Positions 28,854 to 42,357 are shown, counted from the first letter of the stretch. The stretch is DNA of 64,000 nt from an uncultured Gammaproteobacteria bacterium (GCA_964502815.1 CAZCXV010000005.1:2706-66705); one strand, 5' to 3'. Notes: generated by a model from the letters alone, not told the origin. Numbers and translations: made by a program.

Positions 28854-29924
28854 TTATTTTATTTCCCTTTTTTCTAACTCTTCAAACCATAAATTCCAAT
28901 TTGAGGCAGAAAAGACTACTATCAAAGCCCGTAAAAAGATGTTTGCCAAACCAAAGATAATTAGTAGCATTGCCAAGAAGGCTACGCTTCCCCAATAGTC
29001 TGTTAACGAAAAGTTGGAAATATCTTTTGAGATGGCATTTACTAAAGGCAAGCCAAAGATAAAACCAGGGATACCAAGAACGATTAAGAGAACGATGTTG
29101 GTTACACAGCCAAAAGCAACTCCAGAAATGCCTGAAATTATCCCCATCAAAATAGTTGGGAAAAAGTTTCTCAGTGTTAACCTCCAACCCTTTTTCCAAG
29201 CCTTCCAAGCAGGTAGGGAATCATAGATTAAGGCTCTTTGAGATAAAACTGCAGTTAAACCAAGCTGTAAGAATAGCCAAATAAAGAAGATAGCTAGTGG
29301 AATAATGGCCAATCCTCCTAGATTACTGTTTGATATCGAGACTACAAACCCTGCCCCAAAGGCAACTATGAAAATTGCTAAGAAGATTGCTATTAGGACG
29401 ACAGTTTGGATGAGCGTTAATACAATCATACCCTTGATGTTTTTAATTCCCAAAGGAGAAGAGTTTTTTAAAGTTACTTCTTTTTCTTGGTTTGCCAGTC
29501 TAAGACCGGCGATTAAAGAGCCGTTTAGCCAAGCAGACAGAACCCAAGAAATAACGATTCCCAAAACTGCCGACCCAAGGACGCCTATAAATAGTAGAAA
29601 CCAGGTTTGGGGAGAAACACTAGTCAACCAATCGAGAAAAGAATTAGTAAAAGTTTCCAATACTTCTTTCGATTGGTTGAGATTATTTGAGTTTTCCAAC
29701 TTTTGGAAAGGCAAAGGTGAAGATATGGGGAGAGGTGGGGTTTGACTGCTGTTTTGATTACCAAAATTCTGCCCAATTCTGCCAAAGTTGCCACCGCCAG
29801 AGCCCCCAGCCGTTGCTGCAAGCGCTAGTCCATACACCCAGAGCCATTTGTATTTTTTGCTAATTTCAATTGACCTATTGATAATTTTTCCGTAATCAGC
29901 CATATACAGATAACATTTTAGCAA
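28854..29924 (-). CDS. Polytopic membrane protein of unknown function (Gly-rich N-terminal loop)
   Basis: At least six predicted TM helices, GGSGGGNFGRIGQNFGNQN loop; no recognisable catalytic motif. Confidence 0.5.
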   Translation of the reverse strand: MLKCYLYMADYGKIINRSIEISKKYKWLWVYGLALAATAGGSGGGNFGRIGQNFGNQNSSQTPPLPISSPLPFQKLENSNNLNQSKEVLETFTNSFLDWLTSVSPQTWFLLFIGVLGSAVLGIVISWVLSAWLNGSLIAGLRLANQEKEVTLKNSSPLGIKNIKGMIVLTLIQTVVLIAIFLAIFIVAFGAGFVVSISNSNLGGLAIIPLAIFFIWLFLQLGLTAVLSQRALIYDSLPAWKAWKKGWRLTLRNFFPTILMGIISGISGVAFGCVTNIVLLIVLGIPGFIFGLPLVNAISKDISNFSLTDYWGSVAFLAMLLIIFGLANIFLRALIVVFSASNWNLWFEELEKREIK

Positions 29925-29938
29925 AAAGAAGATAAACT

Positions 29939-30379
29939 TTAAAGTTTGATAACCACAGTACCGGCAATTTTGTCGTGCCAGCCTTGTCTTTTGTCATCCC
30001 AAATTATCCACAGGTAGCCAAGAAGAAGAACTAGACTCGAGATAAATCTGCCGACTATTTCTCTTAGGAAAGCAGTTACATAATCAGGATTTTGGCTAGT
30101 TCCAACCTTGACTACTTTTAAACCCAAAGCCTTCTTGCCAAGAGTTTGGCCAGTAGAGCCTGTAAAATAAATAAGATAACCCCAAGCAACAACTACGCCG
30201 ACTAATGTGCCAAAAGCCTGCAGCTTCATTGCTGCAAAAGCCATCGAGATAATTGAACTGGCAATCATTATCACAACAACATCAATTAAATAAGCCAGAA
30301 GCCTAAGTCCAAAGTTTGCGTATTTTTGATTTTCTGTTGCCATTTGTTTAGTGTAGGAAATTTCTAAGGTACTTGTCAA
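29939..30379 (-). CDS. RDD family membrane protein
   Basis: Arg-Asp-Asp positions within conserved blocks LLAYLIDVVV...GQTLGKKALGLKVV...QGWHDKIAGTVVI. Confidence 0.7.
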   Translation of the reverse strand: MTSTLEISYTKQMATENQKYANFGLRLLAYLIDVVVIMIASSIISMAFAAMKLQAFGTLVGVVVAWGYLIYFTGSTGQTLGKKALGLKVVKVGTSQNPDYVTAFLREIVGRFISSLVLLLGYLWIIWDDKRQGWHDKIAGTVVIKL

Positions 30380-32388
30380 TTGGGAATTTGGCTAGGCGTA
30401 GGGGAAGTTAGGGGTGTTGGAATTGGTGACGCAACAACTGGTGGTTGGGAGTCTGCAGACAACTCAAGTTGGGGATCAATAATTGGCTCACTTTCCTTGG
30501 GGGTAGTAAGTTCTCCGGCATTTAGAGCTTCATTGGCTGGCTTTCTGGCTTCTAAGTTTTCAAGTTCTTTTTTTGCCAATTTGTAATCTTCAGAATCTTT
30601 GTTAACCAAGCCCATAACAATCTTCATTTCGGAAATAGCTTTGTCTATTTGCTTATTTTCCCGATAACTAATCGCCAAATTGTAGTGGGCATTGGGGTAA
30701 TCTGGCTTGACAACTGTAGCCAATTTAAAGACGTCGACAGCGTTTTCAAAGTTTCCCGTTGAATAATAAATTCCCCCCAAAGAAAGCCTAAGAAAAGGGT
30801 TGACTGGATCAAGGATTATTGCCTGAGAGTAAGATTGAATCGCAAATTGATCAACGTCTTTGGCATAAGGCATAATTGATCTATAGATGTTACCCAGGAA
30901 TTCCCAATTTTCAGCTTTTTGGGGATTGATGGCCACAGCTTGTTTGGCAAGAGAAATGGCTTCTTGGATGTAGGAACTAATGGCACTTTTTTCTTGGTCG
31001 GTTAGTGTTCTTGGATCTTTTTTAGCAATAATATTGGCAATGGCAATATCAATACGAGCGGCATATAAATAGTAATTGTCCATTTTATTATTCTTTTCAA
31101 TCGCTTTAGAAAGATGAGTTTTAGTTGTCGTTCCACCGTCCTTTTGAGTTTCGGCTTTAACAGCCGAAGCAATATGGCTTTCGGCCGTAATTAACTTGAT
31201 CTCTACAGCCAGAGCATAGGCAATAAGAATCAAAAGGGGAATTGTAACTATGTAGACGGGAATTTTGTAGCTTTGGCTTCTAGTTTTGTCTATATATGGC
31301 AAATCGGGAATAATTGGTAAGTGAATTTTGGTAGTACTTGAAGACAATGAAAAAAGAACAAACAGTAGAAAGATGTTTACTAGGTTAAAAGGCATTATTA
31401 AAGCGGTTAAAAGTAGGCAAACTAAAGCAATATTGGCGCTTTTTGTGGCCATTTCTTGTTTGTTTACTGGTAAGCTTTTTATGGCAAAAAGGATAACAAG
31501 AGCAATCGCCAGCAGGCCAATTATGCCCGTTTCTGTCCAGAGAGTTAGGTAGAAGTTGTTGGCTGTATTAAATCTAGTACTCCAGAGCTTTGACTGGTTA
31601 TAGGAAATTGGTCTAAATTTATCAAAAGCAAATTTGTAATTGTCTACTCCAACTCCAAACAGAGGACTTTCTTTAAAAGTATCGATAGCGACAGTCCATG
31701 TAGTTGTCAAAGAAGGAAGAGGAAACACTTGGTCTTTTTGTGGAATCAGAGTATAAATTGAGACTAGAAGGCCAAAAGCTGTCAAAAAGGAAAGAAAACC
31801 AAAAGCGACTTTTTCCTTGACTTTTTTTTCATAAATTACACTTAACACCCCTAAAACTAAAAGCGGGAGTAAAAAAACAATTTGGGGAATAACTCCTCCG
31901 GTCAAAGAAAAGCTGGGACTTTTAAAGAATCCAGGAATACCAGGCAGACTGGATAAAACCTTGGTATAAACTAAAAGACTGATTAGAGAAACAATGGCTC
32001 CGGAAATAATTAAGCCAAGTTTGACAAGAGATTTGTTCTTTCCCTGATTGAGGGTGAAGTAGAAAAGCGAACAGGCAAGAACCACAGTTGCAGTTCCTGG
32101 AATAAAAAAAGCCTCCATCCTATTGGGGGACTTTATTAGGGCGCTGGCAAGGTAAGCGGCTGTTAATAGAAAGACGGCCGCGTCAAATTTAGATGTTGAA
32201 AAATCAATTGACTCTTTGCCGATTATTTTAACCAGCTTTAGGGCAACTAAAAGCAAAACCCCAGTAACCAGGAAGGCTGTCTTGGCAGGAAAGAAAACAT
32301 TTACAAATTCGGTGATAAAGAAAATAGGGAAAAGTACACATACTAATACAATAATAATTTTTTCAATATTTTCAATTATTTTTAACAT
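30376..32388 (-). CDS. O-antigen ligase-like (Wzy_C) polytopic membrane protein with C-terminal TPR domain
   Basis: About 12 TM helices with a large loop; C-terminal TPR repeats (AENWEFLGNIY...AIILDP...NAHYNLAISY); Pro/Thr/Ser-rich tail. Confidence 0.55.
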   Translation of the reverse strand: MLKIIENIEKIIIVLVCVLFPIFFITEFVNVFFPAKTAFLVTGVLLLVALKLVKIIGKESIDFSTSKFDAAVFLLTAAYLASALIKSPNRMEAFFIPGTATVVLACSLFYFTLNQGKNKSLVKLGLIISGAIVSLISLLVYTKVLSSLPGIPGFFKSPSFSLTGGVIPQIVFLLPLLVLGVLSVIYEKKVKEKVAFGFLSFLTAFGLLVSIYTLIPQKDQVFPLPSLTTTWTVAIDTFKESPLFGVGVDNYKFAFDKFRPISYNQSKLWSTRFNTANNFYLTLWTETGIIGLLAIALVILFAIKSLPVNKQEMATKSANIALVCLLLTALIMPFNLVNIFLLFVLFSLSSSTTKIHLPIIPDLPYIDKTRSQSYKIPVYIVTIPLLILIAYALAVEIKLITAESHIASAVKAETQKDGGTTTKTHLSKAIEKNNKMDNYYLYAARIDIAIANIIAKKDPRTLTDQEKSAISSYIQEAISLAKQAVAINPQKAENWEFLGNIYRSIMPYAKDVDQFAIQSYSQAIILDPVNPFLRLSLGGIYYSTGNFENAVDVFKLATVVKPDYPNAHYNLAISYRENKQIDKAISEMKIVMGLVNKDSEDYKLAKKELENLEARKPANEALNAGELTTPKESEPIIDPQLELSADSQPPVVASPIPTPLTSPTPSQIPN

Positions 32389-32445
32389 AGTTTTAATGCA
32401 AGACTTAAGTAACTTTATCCTACTAAATGAGATATAATCAAGTAG

Positions 32446-33258
<813 letters not shown>

Positions 33259-33279
33259 ACAAATAACTTAAGTGAAAAT

Positions 33280-35001
33280 ATGTTTAATCCTCTAGCCATT
33301 TTCAAAAAAAAAGTTAATCTCAAAGACTCGGGGCTTAGTCCTGTTGTCCTATTGGTTTTGGATGGTTGGGGACTGGCTCCAGCAAGTCCAGGCAATCCGA
33401 TCCCCATGGCAAAAACTCCCAATATGAATTTGTTGATGGCTAAATTTCCCCACACCCAGCTTATTGCCTCAGGCGAATCAGTAGGTCTTCCGGCAAATGA
33501 AGTAGGCAATACCGAAGTGGGACATATAAATCTTGGAGCCGGGCGTACTATTTACCAAGATTTAAAAAGAATCAACCTGGCAATAGAAAGCGGCAAATTT
33601 TTTGACAATGAAGCTTTGATAAAAACAGTCAAACATGTCAAGGAATATGGCTCAAATCTGCATATCATGGGACTTGTTTCCTCGGGCAATGTTCATTCGT
33701 CTTTAAACCACTTCTGGGCAGTAATGAAGTTTATGCAAAAGTATGGCGTCAAAAATATCTACCTCCATTTATTTACTGACGGTCGAGATGCTCCGCCGAA
33801 GGAAGGAATAGATATCATTGCCAAAATTGAAGGTCAAATCAAAACTTTAGGTTTTGGCAAAATTGCCTCAATTTCAGGAAGGTACTATGCCATGGATAGA
33901 GATAGAAGGTGGGACAGAACTCAAAAAGCCTACGCGGCAATTATCCAAGGCGTGGGAAAGACGGCAAACGGCGCTGTTGAGGCAATGCAAATGGCCTATG
34001 GTAACGGCCAGACAGATGAATTTGTCGAGCCGACCGTTATTCTTGATAACGGCAAGCCACAAACTGTCAATGATAATGACGCGGTTTTGTTTTTTAACTT
34101 CAGAATCGACAGGCCAAGGCAATTAACGATGGCTTTTGTGGCTCAGGACTTCAAAGAGCTTGCCTCTTCCTGGGAATTTGACCCCTATGCGGTTAAATAT
34201 GAGGCCAAAGAAAGCAGGGCAGAACAAAAAATAATTCTAAAAGATCCTTTTCCAAGAGAGAAAATAGTTAAAAATCTTTTTTTTGTTACTTTTACCCAGT
34301 ATCAAAAGAATCTGCCGGTTTCGGCGGTAGCTTTTCCTCCCGAGGTCGTTGTCGATTCTTTGCCTGAAGTAATTTCTAAAAAAGGACTATTTCAGATGCA
34401 TATGGCAGAAAGCGAGAAGGAAAGATTTGTAACTTACTACTTTAACGGTCTTCGAGAAGAAGCCTTCTCTGGAGAAGATAAAGAAATAGTAGCTTCACCG
34501 CGTGTTGCTACCTATGACAAAAAGCCTGAGATGAGTGTTGGATCACTGTCTGACAAATTCAGCGAAGTGTTGGCCCTAAATAAGTACAAATTTATCATTG
34601 TAAATTTTGCCAATCCCGACATGGTAGCCCATACTGGCAATCTCCCCGCGACTATTAAAGCCTTGGAAGCAACAGATCTGGCGATTGGCAAAACAGTCAA
34701 TGCAGCTTTAGCCGTTGGAGGAACAATATTAATTACTGCGGACCACGGCAATGCCGAGGAGCTTTTAACCTATGAAGGCACGTCTTATTTTTTTACCTCG
34801 CAAAAAGGAACGGTAAATACCGACCATTCCAATAATCCTGTTCCTCTAATAATTGCCTCGCGGCTCCTGGAAGGAAAAAATGTAATTTTGCCCAAAGGCT
34901 CGCTTGCGGACGTAGCTCCTACTATATTAAACTTAATGGGAATAGCAGTCTCTGAAAAAATGACCGGAATTGATCTTTTGAAGGGGATAAGTAAGATTTA
35001 A
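33280..35001 (+). CDS. gpmI: 2,3-bisphosphoglycerate-independent phosphoglycerate mutase
   Basis: VLLVLDGWG, HLFTDGRDAPP and ADHGN metal-binding motifs; 573 aa. Confidence 0.9.
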   Translation: MFNPLAIFKKKVNLKDSGLSPVVLLVLDGWGLAPASPGNPIPMAKTPNMNLLMAKFPHTQLIASGESVGLPANEVGNTEVGHINLGAGRTIYQDLKRINLAIESGKFFDNEALIKTVKHVKEYGSNLHIMGLVSSGNVHSSLNHFWAVMKFMQKYGVKNIYLHLFTDGRDAPPKEGIDIIAKIEGQIKTLGFGKIASISGRYYAMDRDRRWDRTQKAYAAIIQGVGKTANGAVEAMQMAYGNGQTDEFVEPTVILDNGKPQTVNDNDAVLFFNFRIDRPRQLTMAFVAQDFKELASSWEFDPYAVKYEAKESRAEQKIILKDPFPREKIVKNLFFVTFTQYQKNLPVSAVAFPPEVVVDSLPEVISKKGLFQMHMAESEKERFVTYYFNGLREEAFSGEDKEIVASPRVATYDKKPEMSVGSLSDKFSEVLALNKYKFIIVNFANPDMVAHTGNLPATIKALEATDLAIGKTVNAALAVGGTILITADHGNAEELLTYEGTSYFFTSQKGTVNTDHSNNPVPLIIASRLLEGKNVILPKGSLADVAPTILNLMGIAVSEKMTGIDLLKGISKI

Positions 35002-35007
35002 AAAAAC

Positions 35008-35604
35008 ATGTTCAATCTGCCTACGATTTTAATCGCACTTGAGAGTCTAATTATTGTCTGGCTTTTTTTCTCGCTTCAAAAAATTACTTCTGACTTTTCG
35101 AGATTAAAAACGAAAGAAAATTTATTGAAAGATGCCGATTATCAAAGGCGAAAGGCAGAAAAAATTCTAGAAAATGCCAAGGAAAAATATGCACAAGTAA
35201 TTTCTCAGTCTTACAAAAAAGCCCAGCAAGTGATAGCTGACGCCAAAGTCTTTAATGAAGAAACTAAGGAAAAAGTCCTGGGAGAGTTGGGCAAATCGAT
35301 TCAAAACATAACTAGCGAGATCAAAAACGAAACCTTGGAAGAAGTTAGGGATTTTGGTCAAGAATTAAAAGAGGAGGTAAAAGTTCAGGAAGAAGCAAGC
35401 CAAAAAGTCATTGCTGACAAATATGACCAGGTTAATGCCGAAATTGAACAGTATAGAAAAAACAAAGTAACTGAAATAGATAAAAGTGCAGTCAAAGCCG
35501 TGGAAGAAGTAACTAAAAATATTTTGACAAAAAGTTTAGACCTTTCAGGCCATGAAGAATTCATATTAGAGGCGCTAGAAAATGCTAAAAAAAATCTACA
35601 CTAG
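35008..35604 (+). CDS. atpF: F0F1 ATP synthase subunit b
   Basis: Single N-terminal TM followed by a long charged coiled coil; first gene of the atp cluster. Confidence 0.7.
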   Translation: MFNLPTILIALESLIIVWLFFSLQKITSDFSRLKTKENLLKDADYQRRKAEKILENAKEKYAQVISQSYKKAQQVIADAKVFNEETKEKVLGELGKSIQNITSEIKNETLEEVRDFGQELKEEVKVQEEASQKVIADKYDQVNAEIEQYRKNKVTEIDKSAVKAVEEVTKNILTKSLDLSGHEEFILEALENAKKNLH

Positions 35605-36007
35605 GCTGGAAGTTGATGAAGTTCTTTCAGAGTTAAATCTTTTGAAAGTAAGCCTATCAAAAACTGACAATTCTTTTGACGAAGCTTTGAAAAATAAAGT
35701 GCGGCTGGATTTGGCTGATACGCCAAAAGATGTAGATCAGATTAGCCAGTTAATAAAACAAATTGAGTCTCTAAAGGTAGTAGAACTAGCGTTGGCAATC
35801 AAACCTACACAAAATTTTATTGAGAAAATACTTACTTTTGTCGAAACAAATTTCGGTCCAGACATTGTTTTAGATTTGAAATTTAACCCCGATTTAATCG
35901 CGGGAGCACAGGTAATATATGGTGGCAAGTATTTTGATTTTAGCCTCAAAAAATCGTTGGAGGATTATTTCAAAAACCTTCAAGGTGTCACCTTGAAGGT
36001 AGAGTAG
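35582..36007 (+). CDS. atpH: F0F1 ATP synthase subunit delta (OSCP), short
   Basis: Position between b and alpha, all-helical 141 aa, C-terminal GAQVIYGGKYFDFSLK as in the OSCP C-domain. The 3' end is overlapped by the 25-nt palindrome. Confidence 0.55.
   Translation: MLKKIYTRLEVDEVLSELNLLKVSLSKTDNSFDEALKNKVRLDLADTPKDVDQISQLIKQIESLKVVELALAIKPTQNFIEKILTFVETNFGPDIVLDLKFNPDLIAGAQVIYGGKYFDFSLKKSLEDYFKNLQGVTLKVE
35976..36000. repeat. Second exact copy of the palindrome ACCTTCAAGGTGTCACCTTGAAGGT (encodes LQGVTLKVE at the atpH C-terminus)
   Basis: Identical 25-mer to 25864-25888. Confidence 0.6.
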
Positions 36008-37481
36008 GAGAAAAATATGGGAAAATACATAGACTATTTAAATAAAACTGGCGAGATTGGAACCGTCATTTCAGTCATTCACGCAATTGTTTACGTCGAA
36101 GGTCTGCCTGGCACTCAAACTCACGAACTGATTGTTTTTGAAGAGGGGCAAATGGGTTATGCCCTAAGCCTGACTGAAGAAGCCGTCGAAGTCCTCCTTT
36201 TGTCAGATGGTGGAGTAAGGGTAGGGACAAAAGCGACCAGAACCAACGAGTTTTTGGAAATAGAAATAGGCCTTGAGTTACTCGGCAAGCACATAAATCC
36301 TTTGGGGGAGATAGTGGATGGAAACCAAATTAAGTATTTAAGTGGTCAGAGTGAAAAAAGAAAGATTGATATTTCCCCCCCGCCAATTTTGGCGCGCGAA
36401 GTAATCAAAGATGGTTTTGAAACTGGAATTACTTTAGTTGATCTGACAGTCCCTTTAGGTAAGGGCCAAAGGGAATTGGTGATTGGGGATAGAAAAACCG
36501 GCAAGACGGGTTTTTTGCAGGCAACCATGATCCATCAAGCCCAGATGGGAACTATTTGTATCTATGCCACTATGGGCAGACGTGCTCAGGATGTCAAAAG
36601 GTTTGAAGAAAACTTAAATAAAAAAGGCACTACCCAAAATGTAATCATCGTTTCGGCAACTTCGCCAGAGGCAGCAGGCTTGATTTTTATCACTCCTTAT
36701 GTCGCTATGACCATAGCGGAGTATTTCAGAGACCTTGGAAAAGATGTCTTAGTAATTCTTGACGACTTGACAAATCATGCTAAATACTGGCGGGAAATTT
36801 CACTTCTAGCCAAAAGATTTCCCGGCAGAAGCTCTTACCCTGGAGATATTTTCTATATCCACGCCAGACTTCTCGAACGCGCGGGAAAATTCAAAAAAGG
36901 CTCGATAACCGCGCTCCCAGTTGCCGAATCCGTCCTTGGCGATTTGTCAGGTTATATCCAGACAAATCTGATGGCTATGACCGACGGCCATATCTTTTTT
37001 GATTCCGATTTCTACAATCAAGGCAGGCGCCCAGCAATTAACCCTTTTCTTTCGGTCACTCGTGTTGGCCGCCAAGCCCAATCAGCGCTAGTTAAAGACC
37101 TAAGCCGGGAAGTGAGTACTTTCATGGTTCGCTATAAAAAGATGCAGGAATTCGTCCATTTTGGCGCCGAACTCAATGAAGAAGTCAGGCGAGCCTTGGC
37201 AATGGGGGACAGACTAGTTGCTTTTTTTGATCAGCCAACTGGCGGGGGAATGGATTTAAATGTTTCAGTTATTTTAACTGCTTTTTTGTGGGCAGGCTTT
37301 TGGGAAGAAGAAGAAATAGCTCAAATGAAAGCGCAAATCAGAATGTGTTTTGACTATTATCATACAAATCCAGATTACAAAGTTAAAGTAAATGAAATTA
37401 TCTCAAAAGCAAATACTTTTGCCGATTTAGTTACTAAAGTTCGCGAAAATAAAAATGATTTCATCTCATATCTTTTTGCCG

Positions 37482-39768
<2,287 letters not shown>

Positions 39769-39769
<1 letters not shown>

Positions 39770-40035
39770 TGCCTCAAAACCAAACTAGTGACTTAGAACT
39801 TACGGTAAGAGATCGAACGCGGGTTATTTTTAATGGTCCAATAAAATCTCTCTCTTCTGTAAATGAAACTGGGCCTTTTGATATTTTGCAAAGCCACGCC
39901 AATTTTATTTCGATTATCAAAGATAAGATCACAATAAGGGTTGAAGGCAAAAAAGAGGAAGAAATAAAGATTGACCAGGGAGTTTTGAAAGTAAAAGGGA
40001 ACAAAGTGACAGTCTATTTAGGGATAAAGGCCTAA
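39769..40035 (+). CDS. atpC: F0F1 ATP synthase subunit epsilon
   Basis: 88-aa beta-sandwich (GPFDILQSHANFISII), start overlaps the atpD stop. Confidence 0.6.
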
Positions 40036-40082
40036 CTAAAGGCGTTTGACTTTTACAGAATGTTATATTATCCTGTACAGTA

Positions 40083-40583
40083 ATGACCCAGATAAGCAAA
40101 CTAAATCTACTTTTGAAATCAGGTAGGAAGTTGTTCCACACTCAGGATTTAGCGGTTTTGTGGGCAATGGAAAACAGAAACTCACTTTATACTGTCATTA
40201 AGAGAATGGTAAAGAGGGGTATTTTACTTCCTGTCATAAAAGGTCTTTACTCAACCGTCCCACTTAATGAAATCAATAAATACCAATTGGGAACTGCCCT
40301 AATTCACAAATATTGTTATGTGAGTTTGGAAACTGTTCTTTTCAATGAGGGAATAATTCATCAAAAGATTTATCCGATAACTTTCGTGTCTTCTGTTTCT
40401 CAAAAAGTTGAACATGATGGTGTACTGTATATCTACAGAAAGATGAAGCCCGAGTTATTTTTTTCTCCAGATGGAATTGAAGAAAAAGATGGTTATTTTA
40501 TTGCAAGCCGTGATCGGGCTATTTCTGATATTTTGTATTTTAACCCTAAATACTATTTTGACAGTCTTGAAGAAGACAAATAA
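40083..40583 (+). CDS. AbiEi-family antitoxin / transcriptional regulator (type IV TA)
   Basis: N-terminal winged HTH with AbiEi_4 hallmarks (LAVLWAMENRNSLYTVIKRMVKRG...YVSLETVLFNEGII), upstream of an NTase partner. Confidence 0.7.
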   Translation: MTQISKLNLLLKSGRKLFHTQDLAVLWAMENRNSLYTVIKRMVKRGILLPVIKGLYSTVPLNEINKYQLGTALIHKYCYVSLETVLFNEGIIHQKIYPITFVSSVSQKVEHDGVLYIYRKMKPELFFSPDGIEEKDGYFIASRDRAISDILYFNPKYYFDSLEEDK

Positions 40584-40586
40584 AAA

Positions 40587-41324
40587 ATGATAACAGCGAA
40601 AAAAGAAGACCGTCTACATGAATTCCAGCTCATAAAACTTTTGACCGGAGTTTGTGACAATGAGATTCTTGCCCAAAACCTTTTTTTTAAGGGTGGTACT
40701 TGTGCTGCCTTGGCTGGATATTTGGATAGATTTTCAGTTGATTTGGATTTTGATTTGAGTCCAAAGGCAAACAAAGCAAAAGTAAGAGGAGAGTTGGAAA
40801 AAGTTTTTAAAGGGTTAGATTTTACAATTGAAAACAATAATCAGAAAACACTCTATTTCACCCTGAAATATAAATCCCCCGGTATTCAAAGAAATACACT
40901 TAAGCTGAGTGTCTTTGAAGAGATAGTTGAATCAAATGACTACAAACCAATATATTTGGCGCAAATTGAGAGACTAGTTAACTGTCAGGTTATTGAAACA
41001 ATGTTTGCTAATAAGTTGGTCACTCCTGTAGATCGATACCAAAAACATAAAAAGGTGGCCGGAAGAGATATATATGACATCTATTATTTTTTCTTCCAGG
41101 GGTATGATTTCAAAAAGGAAATTATTGAAGAGAGGACTGGATTAAATACTTCTGATTATCTTGATAAACTAATAAGTTTTATAGAAGAACGAGTAACTGA
41201 AGACATTTTAACCAGAGATCTAAATCTCCTTTTGCCATATGAAAAATTCAAAATAATAAGGAAGACACTAAAGAATGATGTTTTAATGCTTTTAAAAGGT
41301 TTTGGTCGGAGTGGGCAGAATTGA
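40587..41324 (+). CDS. AbiEii/AbiGii-family nucleotidyltransferase toxin (DUF1814)
   Basis: NTase motif FKGGTCAALAGYLDRFSVDLDFDL (hG[GS]...DhD). 4-nt gap after the AbiEi gene; the 3' end overlaps tRNA-Pro. Confidence 0.7.
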   Translation: MITAKKEDRLHEFQLIKLLTGVCDNEILAQNLFFKGGTCAALAGYLDRFSVDLDFDLSPKANKAKVRGELEKVFKGLDFTIENNNQKTLYFTLKYKSPGIQRNTLKLSVFEEIVESNDYKPIYLAQIERLVNCQVIETMFANKLVTPVDRYQKHKKVAGRDIYDIYYFFFQGYDFKKEIIEERTGLNTSDYLDKLISFIEERVTEDILTRDLNLLLPYEKFKIIRKTLKNDVLMLLKGFGRSGQN

Positions 41325-41377
41325 ACTGCCTGCTTCTGCTTCCCGAAAGCAGCGGTCTACCGATGACCTACACTCCG
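41303..41377 (-). tRNA. tRNA-Pro (anticodon CGG), CCA encoded
   Basis: Manual fold: acceptor CGGAGTG/CACTCCG, D arm GGTC-ATCGGTA-GACC, anticodon stem CTGCT/AGCAG with loop TTCGGGA, T arm GGCAG-TTCAATT-CTGCC, discriminator A then CCA. Confidence 0.85.
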
Positions 41378-41399
41378 TTTAATGATATTATAATCTCAA

Positions 41400-42089
41400 A
41401 TGACAGGAAATTTATATATAGTGGCCACCCCAATTGGAAATCTTCAGGATATGACTCTTAGAGCGATAGAAACTTTGAAGTCAGTTGAGCTCGTTATTGC
41501 TGAGGATACCAGAAAAACCAGTATTCTTTTGAGGCATTACGAAATAGATGTATCTAGTTTGAGCTATCACCAGCAAAGCAGTGACGATAAAAGATTTGAA
41601 ATTTTAAAAAGACTTTTGGACGGTAAAAATGTTGCCTTGGTAACTGACGCTGGAACTCCAGGCGTCTCTGATCCAGGCAATGAATTGATTGCTTTTTTGC
41701 TGGAAAAAGAGCCAGACATCAAAATAATTCCCATTCCCGGTTCATCAAGTCTAACAGCAGCCTTGTCAGTGAGTGGCATGAATGTAAATAAATTTGCGTT
41801 TCTTGGTTTTTTGCCCAAGAAGGGGAGACAAAAGCTGTTTTTAAGCCTGATTGAACAAAAAAATCCGATTGTCTTTTTTGAATCACCCTACAGAATTATC
41901 AAGACTATAGACTGGCTGATTGAACTAATGGGAGAAGACAAGGAAGTATTTGTAGGCCAAGAGTTAACCAAATTGCACGAGAGAATACTGAGAGGAAATT
42001 TGAAAAATGTAAAAGAGAAACTAGAAGAAGAACAAAAAACTCCTGCAGGCAGAGTTAGGGGAGAGATTGTGGTTATTTTGTCTTCTTAG
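41400..42089 (+). CDS. rsmI: 16S rRNA (cytidine1402-2'-O)-methyltransferase RsmI
   Basis: Tetrapyrrole-methylase-fold motifs LYIVATPIGNLQDMTLRA, LIAEDTR, GTPGVSDPG. Confidence 0.88.
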   Translation: MTGNLYIVATPIGNLQDMTLRAIETLKSVELVIAEDTRKTSILLRHYEIDVSSLSYHQQSSDDKRFEILKRLLDGKNVALVTDAGTPGVSDPGNELIAFLLEKEPDIKIIPIPGSSSLTAALSVSGMNVNKFAFLGFLPKKGRQKLFLSLIEQKNPIVFFESPYRIIKTIDWLIELMGEDKEVFVGQELTKLHERILRGNLKNVKEKLEEEQKTPAGRVRGEIVVILSS

Positions 42090-42357
42090 TATAAACTTCT
42101 TTGTGTGTACCAATCTGAAGGAATCTGACCTGGTTGTTTCCTCTTTTTTCGTAAATGATTCTAATATCATTTGTAATACTGAATGCCCATTTTCCTCTAA
42201 GGCGTCTTTTTAGGGAATGATTTCTTAATCTTGTGTCTTCTGGTTTGTTCACAAAGAGTTTAATCTTGGAGTCTATCGTTTCTCTCAATTCCGGTTGTGA
42301 CAAGATGAGTTTGATGTATTGCTTATTAAAACTACCTGTTGTTTTTCCTTTTGGCAT
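42073..42357 (-). CDS. RelE/ParE-family type II toxin
   Basis: 94 aa; RLRGKWAFSITNDIRIIYEKRGNNQVRFLQIGTHKEVY matches the RelE/ParE core; lies downstream of and overlapping an RHH antitoxin gene. Confidence 0.7.
   Translation of the reverse strand: MPKGKTTGSFNKQYIKLILSQPELRETIDSKIKLFVNKPEDTRLRNHSLKRRLRGKWAFSITNDIRIIYEKRGNNQVRFLQIGTHKEVYTKKTK

Noticed and set aside
40043-40074. Promoter upstream of the first AbiEi gene (TTGACT ... TATATT/TATCCT)
   Set aside because: The -35/-10 spacing is ambiguous (12 or 17 nt depending on which -10 is chosen), so I did not list it as a feature.
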